A program made the position numbers and the translations under genes. Positions 18,991 to 27,555 of a DNA stretch of 64,000 nt are shown piece by piece (positions within the stretch are counted from its first letter, which is position 1; each line of letters begins with the position of its first letter). This stretch comes from Acidimicrobiales bacterium (GTDB lineage: Bacteria > Actinomycetota > Acidimicrobiia > Acidimicrobiales > JAHEJN01). The stretch lies in contig JAHEJN010000006.1 of assembly GCA_024638845.1 (NCBI GenBank), forward strand, positions 10,946-74,945, written 5' to 3'. The notes below the pieces were generated by a model. The model was given only the letters and a program-made list of their open reading frames with translations. It searched no databases and had not been told where the DNA came from.

Positions 18991-19848
18991 TCACACCGGC
19001 GCCTCGGGCCTGGCTTCCTGGTCGGGGGTCGCCGATTCGGCGAGGTGGAGAACCCGCTGCGGATAGGGGATCGTGATATCGGCGGCGGCAAGCGTTTCGC
19101 GAATGGTGATCGCGACCTCGCTGATCGCCCAGCGCGCCGTCAGCTCCTCGGAAGGATGCCAGACCCGGGCAAGCAGCCCGACACCCGAATCGTGGAAGCC
19201 GGTGACCAACACGTCGGCGGGTGGGGCGTCCTCGAGCGCTTCGACACCTCGGATCGCCTGGACGACGAGCCGTTGGGTCTGGCGGAGATCGGCGTCGTAG
19301 GAGACCTCGAACGGGAGCAGCGTTCGCCGGTACTCGTTCGCCGTCTGGTTCAGCAGCGGCTCTTCGAGCACCTTCAGGTTGGGGATGTAGACCATCTCGC
19401 CGTCGAAGGTCACCATCACCACCGCCCGACCGTTGATGTCGACGACCGTGCCGCTGGTGCCGTTGGTCTGGATCTGGTCGCCCCGCCGGATCGGGCGCCG
19501 GGCGTGCAGCAGGATCGAGCCGACCAGATTGGAGAGCGTGTGCTGGAGAGAGAAGGCCAGCACGACACCGCCGAGGCCGAGCGCACCGAGAATCGGACCG
19601 ACGTTGACGTCGAGCTGGCGAAGGGCGTAGACGATCGCCACCAGCACCAGGATCGTGCCGATGAGGCGGGTGATGATCGTCGTGACGTAGTCCTGGAACC
19701 GCAGTGATCGGGTGAGCAGTCTCAGCACTTGACGGAGCGCCAGCGTCACGACGAAGGCGCTCACGATGAGTGAGCCGGCGATCACCCAGTCGTCCCACGT
19801 CACCGTCGCGACGACCAACGAGATGGGGGCAACTGGATCGAGGGCCAT
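18991..19848 (-). CDS. Small-conductance mechanosensitive channel (MscS family)
   Basis: Three TM helices, then GALGLGGVVLAFSLQHTLSNLVGSILL and RRPIRRGDQI...GTVVDIN (beta-domain). Confidence 0.88.
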   Translation of the reverse strand: MALDPVAPISLVVATVTWDDWVIAGSLIVSAFVVTLALRQVLRLLTRSLRFQDYVTTIITRLIGTILVLVAIVYALRQLDVNVGPILGALGLGGVVLAFSLQHTLSNLVGSILLHARRPIRRGDQIQTNGTSGTVVDINGRAVVMVTFDGEMVYIPNLKVLEEPLLNQTANEYRRTLLPFEVSYDADLRQTQRLVVQAIRGVEALEDAPPADVLVTGFHDSGVGLLARVWHPSEELTARWAISEVAITIRETLAAADITIPYPQRVLHLAESATPDQEARPEAPV

Positions 19849-19927
19849 GGCGAGACACGATTCGGGTCGGAAGCGGACTATCGTCGGCGCCTACTCTAGA
19901 TCCGGGTGGTTCTCCTATCCTGCACTC

Positions 19928-20497
19928 ATGACCGATGCTGCGGGCACCACTGAGAGCGACACGCCCCAGACGCTCGTCGGGGTGTCTTTCGACGACGTGT
20001 TCCGGGCCCGCGAATTCATGACCGTGGCCTCTCGATTGAAGTCGAAGAACGAGCTCGTGCTCCACGACGTCGTGCTCATCGTGAAGGACGCCGAGGGCAA
20101 GACCGTCGTCACCGAGACCGTCGACCCGCAGGCCAAGACCAGCGCGCTGTCGGGTGCGGTCTGGGCGGGGCTTTTCGGTCTCCTGCTCGGCGGGCCGGTC
20201 GGTTGGGTCGCCGGCGCAGCCGTCGGCGCCGGCGCCGGCATCGCCGCCGCCAAGGTCATCGACCTCGGCGTGTCCGACGAATGGGTCGAGTGGTTCCGCG
20301 CCGCGGTGGGGCCCGAAACGGCAACTGTGGTCTTGCTGGTGAGCGATCTCCGCACCCAGGCGTTGGTCGACGAGGCCAAGCGCTTTCCCGGATCCCACCT
20401 CGTGTACGCGAACGTCGACGAAGGACTCCTCGAGCGTCTCGTCGAGGCCTTCGGCGACCAGCCGCCCGACGCCCAAACCGGTCCGAACGACAGCTGA
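19928..20497 (+). CDS. DUF1269 membrane protein
   Basis: LVGVSFDDVFRAREF..., VVLIVKDAEGKTVV, and a Gly-rich TM segment GLLLGGPVGWVAGAAVGAGAGIAAA. Start trimmed to ATG 19928. Confidence 0.78.
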   Translation: MTDAAGTTESDTPQTLVGVSFDDVFRAREFMTVASRLKSKNELVLHDVVLIVKDAEGKTVVTETVDPQAKTSALSGAVWAGLFGLLLGGPVGWVAGAAVGAGAGIAAAKVIDLGVSDEWVEWFRAAVGPETATVVLLVSDLRTQALVDEAKRFPGSHLVYANVDEGLLERLVEAFGDQPPDAQTGPNDS

Positions 20498-20500
20498 GGA

Positions 20501-20932
20501 TCAGTCGTCCGATTCGCTGCCGGTTGTCTCGATCGCGGAGGACTTGCCTGCGGCGGTCACCTTGACCCGGCGCTGTTTCGAGCTCTCGTCGACCGGCACC
20601 GTGATGGTCAACACGCCGTCGCGCAGATCGGCCTCGAGTCGATCGGTGTCGAGCGCATCGCTGAGCATGACACGACGGGTGAACGCGCCCTGCGGTCGCT
20701 CGCTCGCGACGATGTGCAGCCCTTGGTCGTTCCACCGTCGCTCGGCGGTGACGGTGAGCTCGTTCTTCTCGACGCTGACATCGAGATCGTCGGCCGACAC
20801 GCCGGGAACGTCGAAGTACATGATGACCTGATCGTCGTCACGGACGGCGTCGAAGGCCATGATCGAGCCACTGCGGCGGGTCACCTGCTCGGTCATGCGG
20901 TCGAGGTCTCGGAAGGGGTCGAAGCGCAACAT
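20501..20932 (-). CDS. Hsp20/alpha-crystallin small heat-shock protein
   Basis: MLRFDPFRDLDRM..., DVPGVSADDLDVSVEKNELTV, GVLTITVP. SD GAAAGGA lies upstream of ATG 20932. Confidence 0.9.
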   Translation of the reverse strand: MLRFDPFRDLDRMTEQVTRRSGSIMAFDAVRDDDQVIMYFDVPGVSADDLDVSVEKNELTVTAERRWNDQGLHIVASERPQGAFTRRVMLSDALDTDRLEADLRDGVLTITVPVDESSKQRRVKVTAAGKSSAIETTGSESDD

Positions 20933-21075
20933 GGCTGTCCTTTCTCTGGCGTCTACTGCCTGTCGGACTACCCACAACGCCGGTTGCCGAATCCATCTTC
21001 CCGAAAACGGAAGGAAAGCGCGAAACGCGCTTCCGGTCGGCGCCATCCCTTGGGCCGAGTGGCCGGTGAGACATC

Positions 21076-22203
21076 ATGACGAGCGTGGAGATGCGAGCGG
21101 TCTCATGCGATGGTGACGGTCCGGCGACGCCGATCGAGACCACGTCGATCTACTCATCCGACCTCGCCGCCCGGTGGGTCTGGATCGACATCGAGGTACG
21201 GGCGAGCGACGCCGACGAGCTGGTGAGCTTCGCCGGTCGTCTCGGCCTCGACGCGCTGGCCGTACGCGACGCTGTCGAGGACGAGGATCTTCCCAAGCAC
21301 GACGACTTCGGTACGTCGATACTCGTGGTGCTACACGGCCTCGGCGACGACCACCTGCGCACCAACGAGGTCGACTGCTTCCTGGTTCAGCGCCGATTGG
21401 TCACCATTCGACGGCAACGTTCTGCATCGGTCGATGCACTCTGGGACGCAGTGCAACTGCGTCCGGAACTGACCACCGGCGACGCCGACCAGGTGCTAGG
21501 CCGCTTGGCCGACGTGGTGACCCGGCGGCTGCTCTCGGTCCTCGACGAGTTCGACGAGCACACCGAGCTCCTCATCCGCCGGGCGCTCGACGCCGACAGC
21601 GACACGGTCGCCGAGGTCACGGCGGCGCGAGCCCACATCGCCGCCATCCGTCGGGTCGTCCACCCCCAGCGCGAGGTGCTCGACATCCTGCGCCGTTCGC
21701 CTTCGACGCTCCTGACCGACGGAGGGAGACGCCGGTTCGCCGACGTGTTCGACGTTGCGTCCCGCGCCGCGCAGGGGATCGACGCAGCCAGAACGGCGCT
21801 CGCCGAGATCCTCGACGCCTACCGCGGGGCCGAGGCCAGGAAGGCCACCGAAGTCACCAAGGTCCTGACCGTGTACGCGGCGATCATGCTGCCGTTGTCC
21901 CTCGTGGCCGGGTTCTTCGGAATGAACTTCTCCAACCTTCCCGGTCTCCGAAACGACGACGGATGGATCGTCGTGACGGCCGCGATGGCGCTCGTCGCCG
22001 TGTGTTCCCTCGGCGTCTTCGTCGCGCTGGGCTGGATACGCCGGCCCTCGGGTCGAGAGGCCGGTGCCACCCTCGGCCGCGGCATGGCCGAAGCGGCGAG
22101 GGCACCCGTGCAGATCGTCGGGGCTGCCTTCGAGATCTCGACCATGCCCATTCGGAACGTGGCCTCGGTGCGCCGCCATCGGGGCCAGCCCGACGACGAC
22201 TGA
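21076..22203 (+). CDS. corA: CorA-family magnesium/cobalt transporter with a ~55-aa C-terminal extension
   Basis: YAAIMLPLSLVAGFFGMNF (GMN motif) followed by a second TM. The N-terminal start is uncertain (21076 or 21091). Confidence 0.88.
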   Translation: MTSVEMRAVSCDGDGPATPIETTSIYSSDLAARWVWIDIEVRASDADELVSFAGRLGLDALAVRDAVEDEDLPKHDDFGTSILVVLHGLGDDHLRTNEVDCFLVQRRLVTIRRQRSASVDALWDAVQLRPELTTGDADQVLGRLADVVTRRLLSVLDEFDEHTELLIRRALDADSDTVAEVTAARAHIAAIRRVVHPQREVLDILRRSPSTLLTDGGRRRFADVFDVASRAAQGIDAARTALAEILDAYRGAEARKATEVTKVLTVYAAIMLPLSLVAGFFGMNFSNLPGLRNDDGWIVVTAAMALVAVCSLGVFVALGWIRRPSGREAGATLGRGMAEAARAPVQIVGAAFEISTMPIRNVASVRRHRGQPDDD

Positions 22204-22238
22204 CCCTCGTCGCAGCTCGTGCTACGCAGGGGGCTCGA

Positions 22239-22412
22239 TCAAGCCTCCTTGATCCCCGCCTTCACAGCCGCAACGACCTCCTCGGGAAGGTCGGTGAGAC
22301 CATGCGCCTCGGCGGCGTGCGCGGCGGCGGCCGCCAACACGTCGTCGTCGGTCTCGCCGGTGACCACACCATCACATCCACTGACCACATCGCCACATGC
22401 AAACTGCTTCAT
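22239..22412 (-). CDS. DUF1059 small protein (57 aa; not in the supplied ORF track)
   Basis: Hand translation: MKQFACGDVVSGCDGVVTGETDDDVLAAAAAHAAEAHGLTDLPEEVVAAVKAGIKEA*. A strong SD (AGGAGGAG) lies 6 nt upstream of the ATG. Confidence 0.75.
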   Translation of the reverse strand: MKQFACGDVVSGCDGVVTGETDDDVLAAAAAHAAEAHGLTDLPEEVVAAVKAGIKEA

Positions 22413-22430
22413 CTCGGGACTCCTCCTGAA

Positions 22431-22583
22431 TCAACCCGGTCGGGCCATTGACTCTGCTTGTTCCTTCGTGAGGTCCATCTCGTGGACGGTCTTGGCGTGG
22501 GCCTGGGCCGCGGCGACGACATCGTCGAGATCGTCGCCCCGGAGCACGGTTCCACACGGACACTCGATGAGCTGACCAGCCAT
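22431..22583 (-). CDS. DUF1059 small protein (50 aa)
   Basis: MAGQLIECPCGTVLRGDDLDDVVAAAQAHAKTVHEMDLTKEQAESMARPG. SD AGGAGGTG lies upstream. The track ORF's first 30 aa are discarded. Confidence 0.75.
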   Translation of the reverse strand: MAGQLIECPCGTVLRGDDLDDVVAAAQAHAKTVHEMDLTKEQAESMARPG

Positions 22584-22619
22584 GGGTTTCACCTCCTGTG
22601 CAAGACTAGAGAACGCCTG

Positions 22620-22641
22620 TTGGTGAAAGCTTGGTGGAAAC
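22620..22641. promoter_or_regulatory. Tandem 11-bp direct repeats TTGGTGAAAGC / TTGGTGGAAAC
   Basis: 9/11 identical and head-to-tail. They abut the SARP ORF start and sit in the divergent region facing the DUF1059 pair. Confidence 0.4.
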
Positions 22642-23397
22642 TTGATCAGGGTGCACGTGCTCGGGCGGCTCACCGTCGTTGGTCCCGACGGCTCCTTCGA
22701 CGAACGCGATCTTCCTGGCTCACAGGCTTCGCTCCTCCTTTCCCTTCTGGTCGTCGAACGGCGTCAGATCGCACGTGACATGCTGGCGGACCTGCTGTGG
22801 TCGGGCCGGCCCCCCACCGCCTGGCCGTCGGGTCTCAATGCGCTGGTGAGCCGTCTGCGGTCGCTGTTCGATCGCGTGGGAGTCGGTCGCCACATGCTTG
22901 CGAGCTCGAGTGGCACGCTCGAGCTCACGATGCCGGCGTCGGCGTGGATCGATGTCGAGGCCGCCGAACGACACCTCGACCGCGCCTGGGGCGCATTCCG
23001 TCACGACGAGGTGCGCGCCGCACTCGCCGATGCAACTGCCGCCTCGGCCGTGCTCCGTCGGCCGCTGCTTCCTGGCATCGACAATCCGTGGTGTGACGAC
23101 GTTCGCCGCCGATTGACCGCACAGCTCTGCTCGGCCTACGAGCTGCTGGCCCAAGGTTGGCAACTCGAGGGTGACTTCGGTTTGGCCGCTCTCATCGCCG
23201 AGCGGGCGATCGAGATCGACCCGTTGGCCGAGACGCCGTACCGGCTCGCCATGAGCGCCCATCTCGCCATGGGAGATCGCGGTCGCGCGGTTCGGCTGTT
23301 CGAGCGATGCCGCGTGGTCCTCCAGACCGAGCTGGCAGTCGAGCCCTCCGACCGGACCGCGTCATTGATCACCGAGAACCGATTGACTTCCAGCTGA
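22642..23397 (+). CDS. SARP (AfsR/DnrI/RedD-type) transcriptional regulator: OmpR-type wHTH + BTAD
   Basis: VHVLGRLTVVGPDG..., LLSLLVVERRQIARDMLADLLW, and a BTAD-like helical C-terminal half (PYRLAMSAHLAMGDRGRAVRLFERCR). The start could be TTG 22642 or GTG 22651/22657. Confidence 0.82.
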   Translation: MIRVHVLGRLTVVGPDGSFDERDLPGSQASLLLSLLVVERRQIARDMLADLLWSGRPPTAWPSGLNALVSRLRSLFDRVGVGRHMLASSSGTLELTMPASAWIDVEAAERHLDRAWGAFRHDEVRAALADATAASAVLRRPLLPGIDNPWCDDVRRRLTAQLCSAYELLAQGWQLEGDFGLAALIAERAIEIDPLAETPYRLAMSAHLAMGDRGRAVRLFERCRVVLQTELAVEPSDRTASLITENRLTSS

Positions 23398-23438
23398 GCT
23401 CCCCGAGCCGTCGCCGATGCTCGTGCAATGATCGGGTG

Positions 23439-23957
23439 ATGGCCGCTCGACCCCGCATCCGGCAGTCGGCCCGCGCCCTGTTGGTCGACCACGATCATCG
23501 CGTGCTCCTCGTGCAGTTCGCGTTTCCGATCTCGGTCGATGCGGCACCCCACGAACCGAAGCGGCGGGTGTGGGCCACGCCGGGCGGGGGCATCGAAGCG
23601 GGCGAGACCGCACACGACACCTTGCGTCGGGAGCTCCACGAGGAGCTGGGACTGCAGATCGACTCGATCGGGCCACTCGTGTGGACGCGCACCTTCCTGG
23701 TGCCGTTCCTCGATGGGAGCTTCGACGGTCAGGAGGACGCCTTCTACTTCATGCGAACGCCGAGGTTCGAGCCCGAACCGGCGATCGGTTGGGATCGCCT
23801 TCGTGCCGAGTACGTCGCCGAGCTGCGGTGGTGGACCGTCGAGGAGCTGCGCCGCGCCCACGCGAGCACCCGATTCGCCCCCCGGCGGTTGCCGCAGTTG
23901 TTGCCCGCCCTCCTCGCCGACGGCCCGCCCAGCTCGCCTCTCGACGTCGGCGAATGA
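23439..23957 (+). CDS. NUDIX hydrolase
   Basis: Nudix box GGGIEAGETAHDTLRRELHEELGL. Start trimmed to ATG 23439. Confidence 0.88.
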   Translation: MAARPRIRQSARALLVDHDHRVLLVQFAFPISVDAAPHEPKRRVWATPGGGIEAGETAHDTLRRELHEELGLQIDSIGPLVWTRTFLVPFLDGSFDGQEDAFYFMRTPRFEPEPAIGWDRLRAEYVAELRWWTVEELRRAHASTRFAPRRLPQLLPALLADGPPSSPLDVGE

Positions 23958-23997
23958 CCCGCTCGCACTAGCTGCCCCGAGAACGCGACACTGGATC

Positions 23998-24825
23998 ATG
24001 GCCAAGGTGCAGCTTCTCGACCGGCGAATGCTTCTGACCAACTGGGGGAGGGGAGCGGTGGCCGTCGCCATTCTCGGCCCCTCGGTGGTCGCGTGCTCGA
24101 GCAACGGCGACGACGCCGCGGTGCTGGTGCCCACCACCGCACCGACCTCGGAACCCCCGGCCGAGCCGACCGAGGACGAGCCGGCGGAACCCAACGCCGA
24201 ACCGACGGAGGCCGAGCCGGCGGCCGCCGAGGCGCCGACCCTGCGCTGGGAGCGGGTCGACTTCGAGTTCGTCTCGGCCTACGTGTTGGCGCGCGGCGAT
24301 CAGGTTGCCATCGTCGACACCGGCACGGCCGGTAACGCCGAGCGCATCGAGGCCGCACTCGCCGCCCTCGACGCGGGCTGGGGCGATGTCGACCACGTGG
24401 TCCTCACCCACCTGCACCCCGATCATGTGGGCGGCCTGCCCGCCGTGCTCGACGCAGCGGCGACGGCCCAGGCCTACGCCGGAGAGGCCGACGTGGCCGG
24501 GATCACCTCGCCTCGGCCGCTGGTGCCCGTGAACGACGGCGACGAGGTGTTCGGGCTCGAGGTGATCGCCACGCCGGGTCACACTCCCGGTCACATCGCG
24601 GTCATCGACGAAGCCGCCGGGCTGCTCGTCGCCGGTGATGCCCTCAACGAGTCGGGTGGACAGGTGCTCGGCGCGAACCCCCAGTTCTCCTCCGACATGA
24701 CTGCCGCCGACAACTCGGTTCGGGTGCTCGCCGCCCGCCGGTTCGACACGCTGGTGGTGGGCCACGGCGAGCCGATCGTGGGTGACGCGTCCGATCAGGT
24801 GGCCACCCTGGCCGCTTCGCTCTGA
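23998..24825 (+). CDS. MBL-fold metallo-hydrolase, predicted Tat-exported lipoprotein
   Basis: DRRMLL twin-Arg motif, lipobox VVAC, AEP-rich linker, THLHPDHVGG (HxHxDH) and TPGHTPGH. Only the last 275 aa of track ORF 23539..24825 are credible. Confidence 0.85.
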   Translation: MAKVQLLDRRMLLTNWGRGAVAVAILGPSVVACSSNGDDAAVLVPTTAPTSEPPAEPTEDEPAEPNAEPTEAEPAAAEAPTLRWERVDFEFVSAYVLARGDQVAIVDTGTAGNAERIEAALAALDAGWGDVDHVVLTHLHPDHVGGLPAVLDAAATAQAYAGEADVAGITSPRPLVPVNDGDEVFGLEVIATPGHTPGHIAVIDEAAGLLVAGDALNESGGQVLGANPQFSSDMTAADNSVRVLAARRFDTLVVGHGEPIVGDASDQVATLAASL

Positions 24826-24878
24826 GCCACATGCTCTCGGCGGCGGTCGATCCGGGGGACACGATGAGCGCGTACGGC

Positions 24879-25892
24879 TCAGACCATCGACGCGTTCTGC
24901 GGGAGGTCGCGTTCGCCTCGGCGCCTCACCACTGCCTTGACGCGCGTCACGATCCACCGAGCGGCGAAGAATCCGCCCACTGCGTAGACCGAGCCGATCA
25001 CCTCGTCGATCAGGTAGTGCTCGCCCAGGTACACCGTGCTGAAGTAGATCGCCGCCGGGTAGACGAGCGACACGATGCCCCAGCGTCGGCCGAAGGCCAT
25101 GAACACGAACATCGTCAACAGCGTGGCGTACGCGGCGTGCAGCGACGGCACCGCCGCCACCGGGTTGGGTGAGAGCTTGTCGTAGAGCGTCGGCACCGAT
25201 CGCAAGCCGAGGTGCGACCATGCCTCGGCGGACAGATGGGCGAACCCGTCGGTGTAGCCCTCCTCGCGGGCGAGCCAGGGGGGTGCCGCGGGGAACGCCA
25301 CGAAGGTGAGGAAGCCGGCGAAGGACGTCACCACGATGCTGGTCACGTAGTTCCAGTAGTGCTGCGGTCGAAGCCGCCAGATCAGGAACGCCAGGGCGAA
25401 GGGGACCACGAAGTGCAACATGTACACGCCGTACATGGCGACCTCGAAGGCACCGGGGTTGCCGTCGTAGAACCAGTTCTGCAGTCGGGTCGTCGGCAAC
25501 TGCCCGCCGAAGAGCACCTCGTCGGCGGTGACGAGGCCCGAGAACTCCACCCTGCTGTTGAGGTCGTCGGCCACGCCCCGGAACGACTCGTACACGAGCA
25601 GCAGCGCAATGAAGGGGGCGAATCGCACGAGGCCGTCGCGGGTTGCGCCCACCGCGACGAAACCACACAGCAGGAGTATGAAGAGCTTGTCGGGGGTCGG
25701 CCACGAGGGCACCATCGAGAACCAGATGAGCCAGGCGATCGCACCCACGGTGCCGAGCAGCCGTCCGTGCTTGGCGAACAGCCCCGGGAGAGCCTCGGCG
25801 CTCTGCTCGAGGCGAGGCTCGGCGCGGTCGAGGATGTCAGCTGACACGGCGCGGTCGTCCCGGGTCAGCTCGACGATCTCCATCGCTGTCAA
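24879..25892 (-). CDS. PAP2-superfamily membrane protein (PAP2_3 / inositol-phosphorylceramide-synthase-like)
   Basis: Multi-TM with a C-terminal SLHAAYA...YLGEHYLIDEV phosphatase-motif region. Confidence 0.75.
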   Translation of the reverse strand: MTAMEIVELTRDDRAVSADILDRAEPRLEQSAEALPGLFAKHGRLLGTVGAIAWLIWFSMVPSWPTPDKLFILLLCGFVAVGATRDGLVRFAPFIALLLVYESFRGVADDLNSRVEFSGLVTADEVLFGGQLPTTRLQNWFYDGNPGAFEVAMYGVYMLHFVVPFALAFLIWRLRPQHYWNYVTSIVVTSFAGFLTFVAFPAAPPWLAREEGYTDGFAHLSAEAWSHLGLRSVPTLYDKLSPNPVAAVPSLHAAYATLLTMFVFMAFGRRWGIVSLVYPAAIYFSTVYLGEHYLIDEVIGSVYAVGGFFAARWIVTRVKAVVRRRGERDLPQNASMV

Positions 25893-25929
25893 TCGGCTCC
25901 GCAGCGGGGTTCTTTAGCCGGGCCCATCG

Positions 25930-27462
25930 TCAATCGAGCGTGAACATCACGACGTCACGCTCGAGGTCGGGTGTCGGCTGCTCGACGTAGCCCATGGCCG
26001 TCAGGCGGGAGCGGAACAACTCGGAGTAGTGGGTCTCTTCGAGCCCGTAGCTTCCGATCAAGACGACGGTTTCGGCGCCGACGACCCGGTTGGCCAGGAC
26101 CGCGTCGAGGTAGTCCTGCCCCCATGAGGTCGCGGCGTAGGGGAGTCCGTAGGCATCGGCGGCGAGGGGATGGGCGACCTCGAGTGGGTTCACCCAGAGC
26201 AGCGACTCGGCATCCTCGAAGATCCACTCGCCGTTGTCGTCGAGGAAGAACTCGCGGTTCTTTCCCATGACGTGCTGCGGGGCGATGAGGACGGCGGTGG
26301 AGGTTGGGTCGGTGGTGTCGTTCACCCACGTCACGGCGTCCTCCCAACTGTACGACCTGTCGATCTGAACGACTCGCATCGGCACCACCAACGCAAACGC
26401 CACCGATACGGCGGCGATGGCGGCGACGGGTCGAGCAAGGCGCGTCACGCCGGCGGCGAAGAGAAGGGATGCCGGCGGAAGCGTCCACACGACATACCGT
26501 GGGAGGAACACCTCGACGTTTGCATAGCTCGCGACCACGAACGGCATCGCGACTGCGGCGAGCATCCACAAGGCGAGGCCCCAGACGTGCCACCGCGCCA
26601 GACCCGGCCGGCCTCGGGGTAGGCCTCCGACCGCCAAGGCTGCCAGTCCGGCCGCCAATACAGACCCGGTCAACAGAAACGAGACCTGCCACGACCATTG
26701 CAGAGGGCGTTCGGTGCTGTACTCGCTTGCCTTCGACAGATTGATGATCAGCTGCGGGACGAGAGGTGTGAGAGCGACCGCGCCCACGAGCGCGGCGCGG
26801 CCGGCGTCTCGCATCGAAATCGTGCGACGGCGGATACCGGTTCCGAGGAAGTACGGCAGCGCCAACAGCCCGAATCCGGTGAGGAGGTGGAGGTTGAGAG
26901 CGAGCGCGGCCGCAAGGGCGGCGAAGGTGCCGTGTCGGCGTTGTCCGCCCTGAGCCCATCGGATTGCTTCGGCGTTGGCGACGGTGGTGGCGAGAAGGGC
27001 CAGGGCATAGGGCCGAGCGTCGGTTGCCGCGAAGAAGACTGTCTCCCTCAGCGCCAACATCGCGGCTGCGACCCACGCAGTGCGGGGCCCGTCGAGTTCG
27101 CGTGCCAGTCGGAAGACGACCAGGACGACAAGCGCGCAGGCCACCAGTGAAGGAATCCGGAGCATCGTGACGTTCTGACCGCCGAGGTTTCCCCAGATCC
27201 ACATGGTCACGGTGTAGAGCGGCCCGTTCGACTCGAAGGCGAAGTGTCGGTCCAGGACCTCGACCAAGCTGCCATCGCTCTCCCACAAGGTGGTCATCTC
27301 GTCGACCCACGGTGATCGGAACAGGCGAGCGGCAGCGAGTGCTGCGACGGCGACCATGATGGTGGCGCAGACGACCGCCAGGGGGTCGCGCCGCCCCGAT
27401 GGCGCGTTGACCTCGGTGGGAGACCGCGGCCCGGAGGGCGAAGTCTCGATGGTCGCCGTCAT
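25930..27462 (-). CDS. GT-C fold (ArnT/PMT-like) membrane glycosyltransferase with a C-terminal soluble domain
   Basis: About 11 TM helices, a first-loop DE motif (SPWVDEMT) and a non-membrane tail of about 170 aa. Only the C-terminal 510 aa of track ORF 25930..28911 are real, starting at MTATIETS (27462). Confidence 0.72.
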   Translation of the reverse strand: MTATIETSPSGPRSPTEVNAPSGRRDPLAVVCATIMVAVAALAAARLFRSPWVDEMTTLWESDGSLVEVLDRHFAFESNGPLYTVTMWIWGNLGGQNVTMLRIPSLVACALVVLVVFRLARELDGPRTAWVAAAMLALRETVFFAATDARPYALALLATTVANAEAIRWAQGGQRRHGTFAALAAALALNLHLLTGFGLLALPYFLGTGIRRRTISMRDAGRAALVGAVALTPLVPQLIINLSKASEYSTERPLQWSWQVSFLLTGSVLAAGLAALAVGGLPRGRPGLARWHVWGLALWMLAAVAMPFVVASYANVEVFLPRYVVWTLPPASLLFAAGVTRLARPVAAIAAVSVAFALVVPMRVVQIDRSYSWEDAVTWVNDTTDPTSTAVLIAPQHVMGKNREFFLDDNGEWIFEDAESLLWVNPLEVAHPLAADAYGLPYAATSWGQDYLDAVLANRVVGAETVVLIGSYGLEETHYSELFRSRLTAMGYVEQPTPDLERDVVMFTLD

Positions 27463-27555
27463 GGTCTCTAGTTCGGCGGCGTCGGCTCGGACTTGAGCGG
27501 TCGGATCGACCGGTCGGCTCGTAGGCTTGGATGTTCCCGAACCACGGAAACCCGA

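Noticed and set aside
18878-20476. 532-aa minus-strand ORF
   Set aside because: It overlaps MscS in another frame, runs antisense to the DUF1269 and DUF1918 genes, and is Arg/Gly/Pro-rich.
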